Assembly: GCA_047638595.1 (NCBI GenBank)
Contig: JBLIMJ010000002.1
Coordinates: 640-64,639 of the forward strand
Source: Acidimicrobiales bacterium
Lineage (GTDB): Bacteria; Patescibacteriota; Minisyncoccia; Phycocordibacterales; UBA918
Length of the DNA: 64,000 nt
Direction of reading: 5' to 3'
Position 1 is the first letter of the stretch; the number at the start of each line of letters is the position of its first letter. The notes below the pieces were generated by a model. It did no database searches, had not been told where the DNA came from, and was given only the letters and a program-made list of their open reading frames with translations. The position numbers were made by a program, and so were the translations under genes. Positions 9,276 to 18,803 of this stretch are shown here, in pieces.

Positions 9276-9599
9276 TTACTTAGTACCGAGTTCAACGGCA
9301 ATGTGACTGTTTCGTTTGTTGATACGTGATGCACTTCCACGAGCTCGTGCTCGGAAACGCTTCAGTACAGTACCTTTGTTTACAGCCACCATTTTGATAA
9401 ATAGTGTATCTGCACTTTCGCCTGCTTGAATAGCATTTGCCTGTGCTGATTTGATAACCTTTGCAAATGGCTCTGCCGCTCGCTTTTCAGCAAACTTTAG
9501 TACTGCCAATGCTTCGTTAACTTTCTTCCCTCGAACAAGATCTGCGATAAGTCGAACCTTACGCGGAGACTGTCGGTAGTTTTTTAGAACTGCTTTCAT
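9276..9599 (-). CDS. rplV: 50S ribosomal protein uL22
   Basis: SPRKVRLIADLVRGK, RARG..SHI. Confidence 0.97.
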   Translation of the reverse strand: MKAVLKNYRQSPRKVRLIADLVRGKKVNEALAVLKFAEKRAAEPFAKVIKSAQANAIQAGESADTLFIKMVAVNKGTVLKRFRARARGSASRINKRNSHIAVELGTK

Positions 9600-9615
9600 A
9601 GTTTCTTACGCAAGG

Positions 9616-9942
9616 TTATGAGGCTTTAGCAGCTTTAGCAGCTGCGATTTCAGCTTCTTTCTTCTTAACATCAAGTTCTTTCTGCATCTTTCCACCATGT
9701 CGGTAGAATTTTTTCGTGGGTGAGAATTCACCTAATCGATGACCTACCATATCTTCAGTTGCAAGAACTTCAATATGATCCTTTCCATTGTGTACTCCAA
9801 ATGTGAAGCCTACCATTTCAGGTGCAATCATCGAATCACGCGCCCATGTCTTGATTACTGCTGTTTCAACGCCTTTTTTACCAGCAATTTTTTTCAACAG
9901 TTTCTCGTCAACATAGGGACCTTTATATAGAGATCGTGACAT
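9616..9942 (-). CDS. rpsS: 30S ribosomal protein uS19
   Basis: [25 protein letters not shown]. Confidence 0.98.
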   Translation of the reverse strand: MSRSLYKGPYVDEKLLKKIAGKKGVETAVIKTWARDSMIAPEMVGFTFGVHNGKDHIEVLATEDMVGHRLGEFSPTKKFYRHGGKMQKELDVKKKEAEIAAAKAAKAS

Positions 9943-10113
9943 TGTATATATCTTAAAGAAGATGTTGCGAATATAGAAAACCGAACGGTTCGCTATATCC
10001 GCATACTTAATAATTATTCTGCCTCCCCTATCACATCGATAGGTTAGTGTAACGGTTTATTGTTAGGGATTGCCCTACCAGAGGCGAATCCAAAACGAGG
10101 TTAGAACGGGGCT

Positions 10114-10142
10114 ATATTACGTGAAATATGTTGTAAAGTCAA
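10114..10142 (-). promoter_or_regulatory. sigma70-like promoter upstream of rpsS
   Basis: minus strand TTGACT-17 nt-TAATAT. Confidence 0.55.
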
Positions 10143-10448
10143 CACAATAATGGCCCCGGGAGGTCTCCCTGATCCATTGTACCAATTTGGTGTAAAATGC
10201 CGTTATCTCATAAGAAGTTAACAGATACAACTTGTATGAATGACTGATTCGCGGTACAAAGGGGTTAGGAGGTAAGAGATATGCCACAATTGTATGAAGA
10301 GTAGGCGATTTTGCCACCTGAACTACTTAAATCAGCCAAAAATGCGGAGCAGGAATTGAAAAACTTGCTAACTTGCTCTTAAAGGGCGTAACTGGCTTTG
10401 ATTCTGCGATTATAGCGCAATATCAAAGCACACAGGGAGAAACAAACG

Positions 10449-10652
10449 ATGCCACACATGCTCACTGAACATGACCCGAAGCAAAGCGATGGGCAAGATG
10501 ACGGAAAAGCGATGGTCCTTAAGGTCCCACCGCTTGATTACGTCACAGAAGAAACAGATCCCCTGGGTAAGGCTAAAGGGCCTGCAGCAGAAGCAGTCGA
10601 CGTCGCAACAGAAGCTTTTGGGCCTGGGATTCTGGCTGGACTTAACCCCTAA
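10449..10652 (+). CDS. small hypothetical protein
   Basis: 67 aa, GGGAG ribosome-binding site, followed by terminator-like hairpin aaaggctgggaaacccggcctttt. Confidence 0.5.
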   Translation: MPHMLTEHDPKQSDGQDDGKAMVLKVPPLDYVTEETDPLGKAKGPAAEAVDVATEAFGPGILAGLNP

Positions 10653-10722
10653 ACACCGCACACACTCAAACTAAAGGCTGGGAAACCCGGCCTTTTCTTT
10701 TTATGTTATAGTCATTCTACAT

Positions 10723-11043
10723 ATGCCTAAACCCCGAGGAAAAGAACATACGACCCTTACGGAGACTGCTCAGGAGGTGGTTCGCATACTTAAAGGTATC
10801 TCCGGGGTAAAGATGATTGCTCCTGGCGAGATAAAAACTAACAGTCGTAAAGGTACAGGTGCACGCTTTGTGACCGCGGTATACACTACCGCGGGCATGG
10901 AACTCATTATCTCAGGACAAAGCGTACAGAAAGTAGCTATTCATACAGACGGAAATCCTAAAAATATATTTAAGCTACTTAAAGAACACAAGAAGATGAG
11001 AAATTTTGAGTTTAAACAGCGGGAGAGGAAGCCTGGAATTTAA
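10723..11043 (+). CDS. hypothetical protein, DUF2103-like
   Basis: EHTTL...IAPGEI...SGQSVQKV pattern resembles DUF2103 proteins. Confidence 0.55.
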   Translation: MPKPRGKEHTTLTETAQEVVRILKGISGVKMIAPGEIKTNSRKGTGARFVTAVYTTAGMELIISGQSVQKVAIHTDGNPKNIFKLLKEHKKMRNFEFKQRERKPGI

Positions 11044-11177
11044 ACAATACTACGTTTAACCGTAGTATTGTTTAAACTTCGATACAAAAGAATCTAATAT
11101 CTAACGAGCTTAGCTCCTTGCTTTTTTGTTTCTTTTGGGTATATTTCTTTAGGAAATCTTACACAAGGAAAAGAGCA

Positions 11178-11474
11178 ATGGCAAAAATTGGATTTAACGC
11201 TGTAAGTGAAGAACATAGCCACACTATCGATCAAGGCAACAAAATGAGGAAACTTTTTGCTGCCGTTGTACTCGCAGCATTTGATGATGCGATGGCTGAC
11301 GACAGGAAATACGGCAACGGTCCAGGAGTCATCGCACGCTGGGCTCGTTCACACGACGGTCGCGAAGTTCTGTTATGTGCAGGTATTGAACCAAGCGAAC
11401 GCGCTATAAGAGGAATGATGCAGTTTGTTGCTAATGGCGTGCCGACATCAAAAGCTCTGACAAGAAAAGAATAG
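11178..11474 (+). CDS. DUF6280-like protein (Rhodobacteraceae-type)
   Basis: QGN..RKLFAAVVLAA.DDA.ADD.KYGNGP..IARWARS.DGREVL.CAGI.P; AAGGA SD before ATG 11178. Confidence 0.75.
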   Translation: MAKIGFNAVSEEHSHTIDQGNKMRKLFAAVVLAAFDDAMADDRKYGNGPGVIARWARSHDGREVLLCAGIEPSERAIRGMMQFVANGVPTSKALTRKE

Positions 11475-11571
11475 GTTGGGGGTATGTGAGTTACATACCC
11501 CTTTTTGTATTGTCTTTTTGACATTTACGGTGTTCGTCGCCAATCACTAAGTATATTTTTTTCGTCTTCGA

Positions 11572-11734
11572 CTCCAAACCTACTAAGTGTTCTCGACCCC
11601 ACCTCAACTGTCGCTAAAGCAACATGTTTCCGGCTTGGCAAGAGATCCGCAACTGCCTCAAGGCAGTTGTTAAAACAAAGAAAAACACTCCCTTTAAAGG
11701 GAGTGTTTTTCTTTGGTTTATCTCTTCCCACCCA
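11572..11734 (-). repeat. family C element, distal copy, ending in a duplicate of the rplB 3' end
   Basis: ~190 bp-period diverged direct repeat of 11763-11924. Confidence 0.85.
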
Positions 11735-11762
11735 AGTTACTAACTATAATTATTCGCTACCG

Positions 11763-11924
11763 CTCCAATTCTAGTAAGTACTCGCGACCCCGACTCGTCT
11801 GTTGCTAAAGCAACATGACTCCGTCTTGGGAAGCGGTCACAACTGCCTCAAGGCAGTTGTTAAAACAAAGAAAAACCTCAGGCTTAAGCCTGGGGTTTTT
11901 CTTTGTTTTACCGCTTCCCACCCA
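11763..11924 (-). repeat. family C element, proximal copy, overlapping the rplB stop
   Basis: shared caactgcctcaaggcagttgttaaaacaaagaaaaac; terminator-like hairpin abutting the stop. Confidence 0.85.
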
Positions 11925-12771
11925 TCAGTGGTCCTGGCTTTCGTCTTGAAACAATCAATTTGTTTGAGTGTTTCTTCGGTGATCGAGTCTTTTGACCCTT
12001 TCCTGTTGGTCGACCTTGCTTTGTGCGAGATCGTTTGTGTCCTCGAGGAGATTTACCTTCACCACCTCCATGTGGGTGGTCAACTGCATTCTTCGCAGTA
12101 CCACGAGTCTTCGGTCGAAGTCCCATGTGTCGTGCGCGTCCTGCTTTACCGATTGATACCAGACGATGTTCTTCGTTTGATACTTCACCGACTGTTGCCC
12201 AACATGTTGAGAGTACCTTACGGATCTCAGTTGATGGCATTTTGAGTGTTGTGTATCCTGCATCGTGAGCGATCACTTCTGCGTGGATACCTGCAGCTCG
12301 AGCAATACGTGCTCCACCTTCAGGCTTCATCTCCACTGCATACACGAATGTACCAAGTGGGATGTTTGCGAGAGGAAGGCGGTTGGCTTTGGTTGGCTTT
12401 GCAGTTTCAGAAACTACAAATGTATCACCTTCCTTCATTCCTTGCTGTGAAAGAATGTACCGCCGTGCGCCGTCTGCATACAGAACTAAAGCAATGAAAC
12501 CAGTTCGGTACGGATCGTACTCGATAGTCTCTACTTTCGCAGGGACATCTTTCTTATCAAACTTAAAATCGATTTGTCGGTATTTTCGTTTATTACCAGC
12601 TCCTCGGTACCAGTTTGTGATACGTCCAGCGCTGTTACGTCCTCCTGTAGACTTCTTACCTTTTGTAAGTGCCTTTAGTGGTTTGCTTGCAGTTGAAGTA
12701 AGATACTTCTTGTACTCAATCACCGAGCCGTCACGACGGCCCGCTGATGTAGGTTTATATTTTTTTACCAT
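11908..12771 (-). CDS. rplB: 50S ribosomal protein uL2
   Basis: IEYDPYRT, DHPHGGGEG; start MVKKYKP at 12771. Confidence 0.98.
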   Translation of the reverse strand: MVKKYKPTSAGRRDGSVIEYKKYLTSTASKPLKALTKGKKSTGGRNSAGRITNWYRGAGNKRKYRQIDFKFDKKDVPAKVETIEYDPYRTGFIALVLYADGARRYILSQQGMKEGDTFVVSETAKPTKANRLPLANIPLGTFVYAVEMKPEGGARIARAAGIHAEVIAHDAGYTTLKMPSTEIRKVLSTCWATVGEVSNEEHRLVSIGKAGRARHMGLRPKTRGTAKNAVDHPHGGGEGKSPRGHKRSRTKQGRPTGKGQKTRSPKKHSNKLIVSRRKPGPLMGGKR

Positions 12772-12840
12772 AATATCTGAGTGGTACCCAATAGTTAATT
12801 TCTGTGCTGTATGCTGCCACTGTATCAGTGACATTCATAC

Positions 12841-13242
12841 TTACACTAGGTTGATTGAATCTCCGTCTTTCAAATAGACGTATGCCTTCTTCACACCTTT
12901 TTCTGTTAATCGGCGTCCTTTTGTTTTCGACTTAAACTGTCGAGGAGTTTTGTTCACGATGTTGATTTTCACCGGCGTCACATTGTAGAGAGATTTAATT
13001 GCGTCGCGCACAAGGTACTTTGTAGCGTCAGGTCGAACGATAAATGTATGCACATTTCGTTCGCCCATACCTACTGCTTTTTCAGTAACGTGTGGCTTTA
13101 CAATTACACCCGCGAGATCGCGGTCAGTGGGAAATGAGTTACTTACTACAGGTTTTGTAGAGACTGTCTTTTCCGCTGTCTTCTCTCCAGTTTTTTTATC
13201 TGCTTTTGCAGATGTTTTTTTTGTTCGACTAAAGAGTGCCAT
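12841..13242 (-). CDS. rplW: 50S ribosomal protein uL23 with N-terminal extension
   Basis: PHVTEKA, KKAYVYLKDG. Confidence 0.95.
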   Translation of the reverse strand: MALFSRTKKTSAKADKKTGEKTAEKTVSTKPVVSNSFPTDRDLAGVIVKPHVTEKAVGMGERNVHTFIVRPDATKYLVRDAIKSLYNVTPVKINIVNKTPRQFKSKTKGRRLTEKGVKKAYVYLKDGDSINLV

Positions 13243-13264
13243 AATAATTTTTTATTGACTGTAA

Positions 13265-13957
13265 TTACGCTGTTGCCTTTTCATTCTTCTTAGCAGCTCG
13301 ATTTGCAAGTGCTTCGATAGAAACAGACGGGTCTGCGACAATCACATATTTGTAAGTAAGAAGATCAACAGTGTTGATGTCCTTAGCTTGTACAACTTCG
13401 ATATTACCGAAGTTTTGGAAACTTTTTTCAGTGTTCTCGTCACGCTTTGAAAGTACTACAAGTGCTGTATTCTTTCGCTTTGTTGCGAGTTCTTCAATAC
13501 CAGTTCCCTTTGCAAGTGCTACTACTGACGCTTTTGCTTCTGATGCTTTTGGAGCTTCAAATGCAAAGTTGTCGACGAAAATCATCTCACCATCAGCAAA
13601 TTTCTTTGAGAGTGTGATTGCGAAAGCTTTCGCTCGCAGATTTTTGTTAATTTTCTTTGAGTAGTCTTTTTCACTTCGAGGTCCGAAGGTAACACCACCA
13701 CCTGACCAGATCGGTGAACGTCGAGAACCGTGTCGCGCACGACCTGTTCCCTTTTGCTTCCATGGCTTTGCACCACCTCCGCGTACTTCACTTCGATCCT
13801 TTGTGTGTGCGGTACCTGCGCGTGCGTTGCTTTTCATTGACACAACAACCTCGTGTACAAGGTCAGCGTTCCAGTTTACACCGAATACTGATTCCGGAAG
13901 TGTTACCTTACCGTTTTCCTTTCCATCTTGAGTAAATATTTTTGTATCCATAAGCAT
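13265..13957 (-). CDS. rplD: 50S ribosomal protein uL4
   Basis: KPWKQKGTGRARHGS..SPIWSGGGVTFGP. Confidence 0.98.
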   Translation of the reverse strand: MLMDTKIFTQDGKENGKVTLPESVFGVNWNADLVHEVVVSMKSNARAGTAHTKDRSEVRGGGAKPWKQKGTGRARHGSRRSPIWSGGGVTFGPRSEKDYSKKINKNLRAKAFAITLSKKFADGEMIFVDNFAFEAPKASEAKASVVALAKGTGIEELATKRKNTALVVLSKRDENTEKSFQNFGNIEVVQAKDINTVDLLTYKYVIVADPSVSIEALANRAAKKNEKATA

Positions 13958-14577
13958 TACACATTTCGTACCTCTACTAATGTTCCTTTTCGACCTGGTA
14001 CTGCTCCACTTACAAGAAGTAGATTTTCTGCAGCGTTTACTTGTAGTACGCGGAGATTTTTGACCGTTGTCTGGTCAGATCCCATACGTCCTGCCATTCG
14101 TGTTCCTTTAAATACACGTGCTGGCCCTGTAGCTCCAATTGAACCAGGTGCTCGCAACGTGTGTTTCTGTCCGTGAGTAGCTTTATTACCTTTAAAGTTA
14201 TATCGCTTTACTACACCTTGGAATCCTTTCCCTTTCGAGATTGCTGCAACAACAATGCTGTCTCCTGCTTCAAAAGTTGAAGCTTCAACTATTTGACCTT
14301 TTTCAAGACCATCCACTGATTCGTCGTAGTTTACTCGTGTTCGGAATTCCTTCACATGTCGGAAGTTTCCACCAGTGTGTCCACGTTCGGCCTTAGGCAC
14401 AAGACTCTCTCGTCGAGATCCTGTTGCTACCTGTACCGCACTATATCCGTCTTTCTCTTGCGTCTTCACTTGCGTGATGGTCGCTGGAGATACTCGGAGG
14501 ATAGTTGCTGCGTGACAAGTTCCGTCAGCGTCAAACACCTGCGTCATCCCTTCCTTCGTCCCTAAAATAAATTTCAT
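13957..14577 (-). CDS. rplC: 50S ribosomal protein uL3
   Basis: GMTQVF, SKGKGFQGVVKR, GAVPG. Confidence 0.98.
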   Translation of the reverse strand: MKFILGTKEGMTQVFDADGTCHAATILRVSPATITQVKTQEKDGYSAVQVATGSRRESLVPKAERGHTGGNFRHVKEFRTRVNYDESVDGLEKGQIVEASTFEAGDSIVVAAISKGKGFQGVVKRYNFKGNKATHGQKHTLRAPGSIGATGPARVFKGTRMAGRMGSDQTTVKNLRVLQVNAAENLLLVSGAVPGRKGTLVEVRNV

Positions 14578-14749
14578 TTATTTAATTGAACTAGTCTAAT
14601 AATAGTAGCTTTGTTAGACCAACAAATGAGAAATCGCACCGTTTTGGCGCGAGCAGAATGCTCACACAAAAACGGTGCGATTTCTGCCCATTGGTTCTCA
14701 TGTCTGCAAGCAAACAATCATCGAACATAGGTCTTTTAAAGCTGGGAGT

Positions 14750-14777
14750 AGTATACGTATTTATACAATAATTGCAA
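14750..14777 (-). promoter_or_regulatory. sigma70-like promoter upstream of rplC
   Basis: minus strand TTGCAA-16 nt-TATACT. Confidence 0.45.
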
Positions 14778-15140
14778 GACATTCATGGTTACTTTTATTG
14801 GTACAAATTAACAAGCGCAGCGTTTAAAAAGGCGTGATGATTGCACATTTCGTAGTAATAACAATAGTGACGGTACCGCGACCACTCCAAAAGGTATAAG
14901 TTTTGCTACCTGCATCATTAATGAAGACAGAACGCCTCTTAAAGGTTACGAGGGTCATATCTGCCTGATGGATCATCCAGAACATTCAGAAGATTCCGAA
15001 CATTCAGGGACGTGGTGGTATCTATAAGAGGAGGAAAGGTAAGCATACCCCATCTCGGCGATATCTCTTCAAGATGTTGCGTTTGGCTAAAAGTGTAGTA
15101 CTGTTGCACTAAATTAGTACATCAACCATGGGAGATACCG

Positions 15141-15572
15141 ATGAGCAATTCAGATGGAAAAATAATAGTTGCAACAGCTGATGTTGGTGCTGTTCTTGCT
15201 CTGTTGAAACAGCTTGAGCTAGACACAAGTCTTATATTCACAACATCAGGTGAACCACTTGATGAAGGGGCGTTCGAGCGCCTCGGAGCAGAAGTCCGAG
15301 AAATATTAGCGACGCGTAACCTTCCTGTAGCAGATGTTTTGAGGCTTATGGAAAAGGTTGTGAGTGAAGAACCTCCAGTCCTTGCATTGCTGGATGAACT
15401 GTTCAGACCGCAGAAAGGACTCGAACTATTTGCTCCAATGGAAGCACATATGTTGTCAGACATTCCCATAATTCATCTGATTGAAGAGAAGCCGCACCGG
15501 GCATTCGACAATGGCGCAGAAATTCGTTCTGCAAAAGGAGCACGGAAAAAACAAACTCGTTTCAACACCTAG
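15141..15572 (+). CDS. hypothetical protein
   Basis: 143 aa ORF with GGGAG SD, inserted between rpsJ and rplC. Confidence 0.6.
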   Translation: MSNSDGKIIVATADVGAVLALLKQLELDTSLIFTTSGEPLDEGAFERLGAEVREILATRNLPVADVLRLMEKVVSEEPPVLALLDELFRPQKGLELFAPMEAHMLSDIPIIHLIEEKPHRAFDNGAEIRSAKGARKKQTRFNT

Positions 15573-15623
15573 CGCGGAAAGTACCCGAAGGCCACCTTGG
15601 TCTTCGGGAATTTTTATACATAT

Positions 15624-15661
15624 AACAAAAGACCGACAGCTTAGCTGTCGGTCTTTTGTTA
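15624..15661. terminator. bidirectional terminator-like hairpin
   Basis: aacaaaagaccgacagc-tta-gctgtcggtcttttgtt between convergent genes. Confidence 0.65.
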
Positions 15662-15674
15662 TCCTCACGGACTA

Positions 15675-15800
15675 TCAAATTTTCTTAAAATTGATGAGCT
15701 GCAAGGCGAGATGAAGTTTTATCGGGAGCGGTACATAGGTACCGTGACTGATAAAACTGAAATCTCAACGCCGCAGATCGCTCATTTAAGGAAATTTAGA
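15675..15800 (-). repeat. family A element after rpsJ stop
   Basis: gcaaggcg...gagcggtac-atag-gtaccgtga...aacgccgcaga. Confidence 0.8.
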
Positions 15801-16149
15801 TCATTTTCACGTCGATGTTCACACCTGAGGGTAGTGACAAGTTCGTGAGTGCTTCAACCACTTTCGCATTCGGTTCCATGATGTCGATTACACGTTTGTG
15901 CATTCGCATTTCGAATTGTTCTCGCGCATCCTTGTGGACAAATGACGAACGGTTGACTGTGTATTTCTTGATTTCCGTTGGAAGCGGGATTGGTCCTACC
16001 ACTTTTGCGTCGAAACGCATTGCAGTATCGATAATCTGCTTTACAGATGCATCAAGAATCTTGTGCTCATATGCACGGACACGGATTCGAAGCTTTGGAG
16101 TTGCGTCCTTTGCTTCTTTCTTTGTGTCTTTTTTAGATGTTGTAGCCAT
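15796..16149 (-). CDS. rpsJ: 30S ribosomal protein uS10
   Basis: GPIPLPT, REQFEMR. Confidence 0.98.
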   Translation of the reverse strand: MATTSKKDTKKEAKDATPKLRIRVRAYEHKILDASVKQIIDTAMRFDAKVVGPIPLPTEIKKYTVNRSSFVHKDAREQFEMRMHKRVIDIMEPNAKVVEALTNLSLPSGVNIDVKMI

Positions 16150-16167
16150 AATAATTAATTGCTTTCG

Positions 16168-16290
16168 CAAACTTGCTAGATTGCTTTATATGCAAGACGT
16201 GTGAGGAATGAAACGCGAGGCGTACGTAAGGTACGATGAGCGTTTCATTACCGAAACACAACGCAGCAGATGAAGTAATATGCGAGTTTG
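16168..16290 (-). repeat. family A element after tuf stop
   Basis: gcaagacg...gaggcgtac-gtaag-gtacgatga...aacgcagcaga. Confidence 0.8.
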
Positions 16291-17481
16291 TTAGGCTACG
16301 ATTTTAGTAACTACGCCGGCTCCTACTGTCTTACCACCCTCACGGATAGCAAAGTTTGTCTGTTCTTCCATAGCTACAGGAGCTACAAGCTTCACTTTGA
16401 AAGTTGCAGTTTGTCCAGGCATAACCATTTCAGTACCTTCAGCAAGTGTTACGTCACCAGTTACGTCCGTTGTTCGGATGTAAAACTGTGGTTTGTAACC
16501 TGAGAAAAATGGAGTGTGACGCCCACCTTCTTCCTTACCAAGTACGTATACTTCAGCTTCGAACTCAGTGTGAGGAGTTACAGACCCCTTAGCAGCAAGC
16601 ACTTGACCTCGGTGTACCTCTTCTTTCTTAGTACCTCGTAGAAGGATACCTGCATTGTCTCCAGCTTGTGCTCGATCCAGTTGCTTGTTGAACATCTCAA
16701 CACCTGTAACAGTAGTTGTTGCAGTGTCTTTCATTCCAACAATTTCAATTTCCTCTCCAACCTTTACAGCTCCTCGTTCTACACGACCAGTTACCACAGT
16801 ACCACGTCCTTCAATTGAGAAAATGTCCTCAACTGGCATAAGGAATGGCTTATCAAGATCTCGTTCTGGAATCGGGAAGAAGTCATCCATTGCTTGCGTA
16901 AGCTCAAGAACTTTCTTACCCCATTCTCCAGCAGGATCTTCAAGAGCCTTAAGTGCTGAACCTTTAATGATAGGTGCGTTTTCGCCATCAAATCCGTTTT
17001 TTGTAAGCATTTCTCGAAGCTCTTCTTCAACGAGCTCAAGCATTTCTTCATCATCAACCATATCGCACTTGTTCATAAATACGATCATGTTTGGTACACC
17101 AACTTGCTTTGCAAGAAGTACGTGCTCACGAGTTTGTGGCATCGCACCATCCGTTGCAGCAACTACAAGTACCGCACCGTCCATCTGCGCTGCACCAGTA
17201 ATCATGTTCTTAATGTAGTCCGCGTGACCTGGCGCATCAATGTGTGCGTAGTGTCGATTTGGAGTCTCATACTCAGAGTGAGAAAGAGAAATAGTGATAC
17301 CTCGCGCCTTTTCCTCTGGCGCTTTGTCAATATCCTCTACAGCTTTAAGGTTTGCTGTGTAACCTTCACCAGCTTGTGCTAGTACGTTTAGAATTGCAGC
17401 TGTAAGTGTAGTCTTACCGTGGTCTACGTGACCAATAGTTCCTACGTTTACGTGCGGCTTAGTTCGATCGAAATCTGCCAT
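16291..17481 (-). CDS. tuf: elongation factor Tu
   Basis: [32 protein letters not shown]. Confidence 0.99.
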   Translation of the reverse strand: MADFDRTKPHVNVGTIGHVDHGKTTLTAAILNVLAQAGEGYTANLKAVEDIDKAPEEKARGITISLSHSEYETPNRHYAHIDAPGHADYIKNMITGAAQMDGAVLVVAATDGAMPQTREHVLLAKQVGVPNMIVFMNKCDMVDDEEMLELVEEELREMLTKNGFDGENAPIIKGSALKALEDPAGEWGKKVLELTQAMDDFFPIPERDLDKPFLMPVEDIFSIEGRGTVVTGRVERGAVKVGEEIEIVGMKDTATTTVTGVEMFNKQLDRAQAGDNAGILLRGTKKEEVHRGQVLAAKGSVTPHTEFEAEVYVLGKEEGGRHTPFFSGYKPQFYIRTTDVTGDVTLAEGTEMVMPGQTATFKVKLVAPVAMEEQTNFAIREGGKTVGAGVVTKIVA

Positions 17482-17664
17482 AATAATAGCTTAACTTTAA
17501 TAAATATATACCGCACACGGCTGCTTCCTAATTTTAATATAAAAATAAAAAGCTTCTCCAGTGCAAATGTAGGGCCGCGAGAACATCGCGCCACATTTCC
17601 ACTGCAGGTATGACAATGAGCAGTATAGTTTCCCCGACACAGTATAAGTCGTATCGGTGCGGCA

Positions 17665-17692
17665 ATAGTACCAGAATCGACCTTTTTTGCAA
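17665..17692 (-). promoter_or_regulatory. sigma70-like promoter upstream of tuf
   Basis: minus strand TTGCAA-16 nt-TACTAT with TG extension. Confidence 0.5.
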
Positions 17693-17764
17693 GCGATATT
17701 CTGGACCAGAATACAAACAAACCGCACAATCTCGCGCATGCGATTTGATTGTGCGGTTATTACT

Positions 17765-18364
17765 TTATGGCGGTTTTCTATTTGAATTTGCTGCCAACGC
17801 CTGGCCCGGGTGAGTCACAATCTGACCATAGGTTTCGGGCACAGAGGCCCACACACTATCATCCGGTTGTGTTAACACTTCAGTCAGCTTGCTTTCAATG
17901 CGTTTCAGAAAAGCATGTTGCGCGTAACAAGCTTTATCAGCTGAAGCTACATATAGTTCATAAGGGCTACAGAGCATGTAGGTATGACCAACCCAAATGT
18001 TACTCACTGAAATCTGGGCTAGTTTATTTTCTTTGAACCAAAACGTTGACATTTTTTTAATCAACGGTTCATCACGAAAAAAATCAACTGAGCATTCCTC
18101 GAGCAAACCAAGCCGACTCAGAATAGTTTCGTCTGAGGCACTAGTTTCTAGTTGTAACACTAGAGACGCAGCTGTAGAGACCCACAAATCATCTGCTTCA
18201 GTCATGCCTCCTCTAACTTCACAACCAAAGGAGCAGTCATCGTACTCTTTCAAAAAGACTAACTTATCATCAGTATGTCCAGCTTCCCAGTCATAAGCTT
18301 CAAATATTGGGTTTAAAGGATCAAACATTTGCGTAACTCCATGGTTGCAAAATTTCTTCTTCAC
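17765..18364 (-). CDS. hypothetical protein between fusA and tuf
   Basis: 199 aa ORF, no recognised motif; start uncertain. Confidence 0.55.
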   Translation of the reverse strand: MKKKFCNHGVTQMFDPLNPIFEAYDWEAGHTDDKLVFLKEYDDCSFGCEVRGGMTEADDLWVSTAASLVLQLETSASDETILSRLGLLEECSVDFFRDEPLIKKMSTFWFKENKLAQISVSNIWVGHTYMLCSPYELYVASADKACYAQHAFLKRIESKLTEVLTQPDDSVWASVPETYGQIVTHPGQALAANSNRKPP

Positions 18365-18582
18365 GGTCGAGTATGCATAATTTTAATGAATATGTAAAGC
18401 AAAAGACCAGCCAGTGCCGGTCCTTTGCTTTATTGGTCTTCAGTCATTAGGGTCAAGTTTCTAATTAGCTAATCGGTATATAGAGAGAGTAAATCATCAA
18501 CTTTTAATCCTTACTTTCACAAACGAATGATATCGTAAAAGTTTACTTTTATGATTCATGAGTGCAGGGAAAGAAAATTTAT

Positions 18583-18772
18583 TTACAGGATCTGTTCAGG
18601 TTATCGCTATTTTTACTAAGGTAAAAATAGCTGGTAACCTTCATTAAGACCTCACGAAGAATACTCCTCTGTTTCTTCGGTCTTTTAATCCTTACAGGAT
18701 CTGTTCAGGTTATCGCTATTTTTACTAAGGTAAAAATAGCTGGTAACCTTCATTAAGACCTCACGAAGAATA
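18583..18772 (-). repeat. two identical 81 bp direct repeats (family B variants) separated by a copy of the fusA 3' end
   Basis: 18583-18663 = 18692-18772; 18662-18684 matches fusA 18805-18827 at 21/23. Confidence 0.9.
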
Positions 18773-18803
18773 AAAATAAGGCACCCTGCGGGGTGCCTTA
18801 TTT

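Noticed and set aside
11505-11774. Short ORFs on both strands over the family C repeat
   Set aside because: Explained by palindromic repeat DNA; no protein-like features.
16655-17218. Long antisense ORFs over tuf, secY, rplB and nusA
   Set aside because: Shadow frames caused by codon bias of the real genes.
18583-18772. CRISPR array (repeat-spacer-repeat)
   Set aside because: Only two units, 81 bp is too long for a CRISPR repeat, the spacer copies the adjacent gene end, and no cas genes are present.
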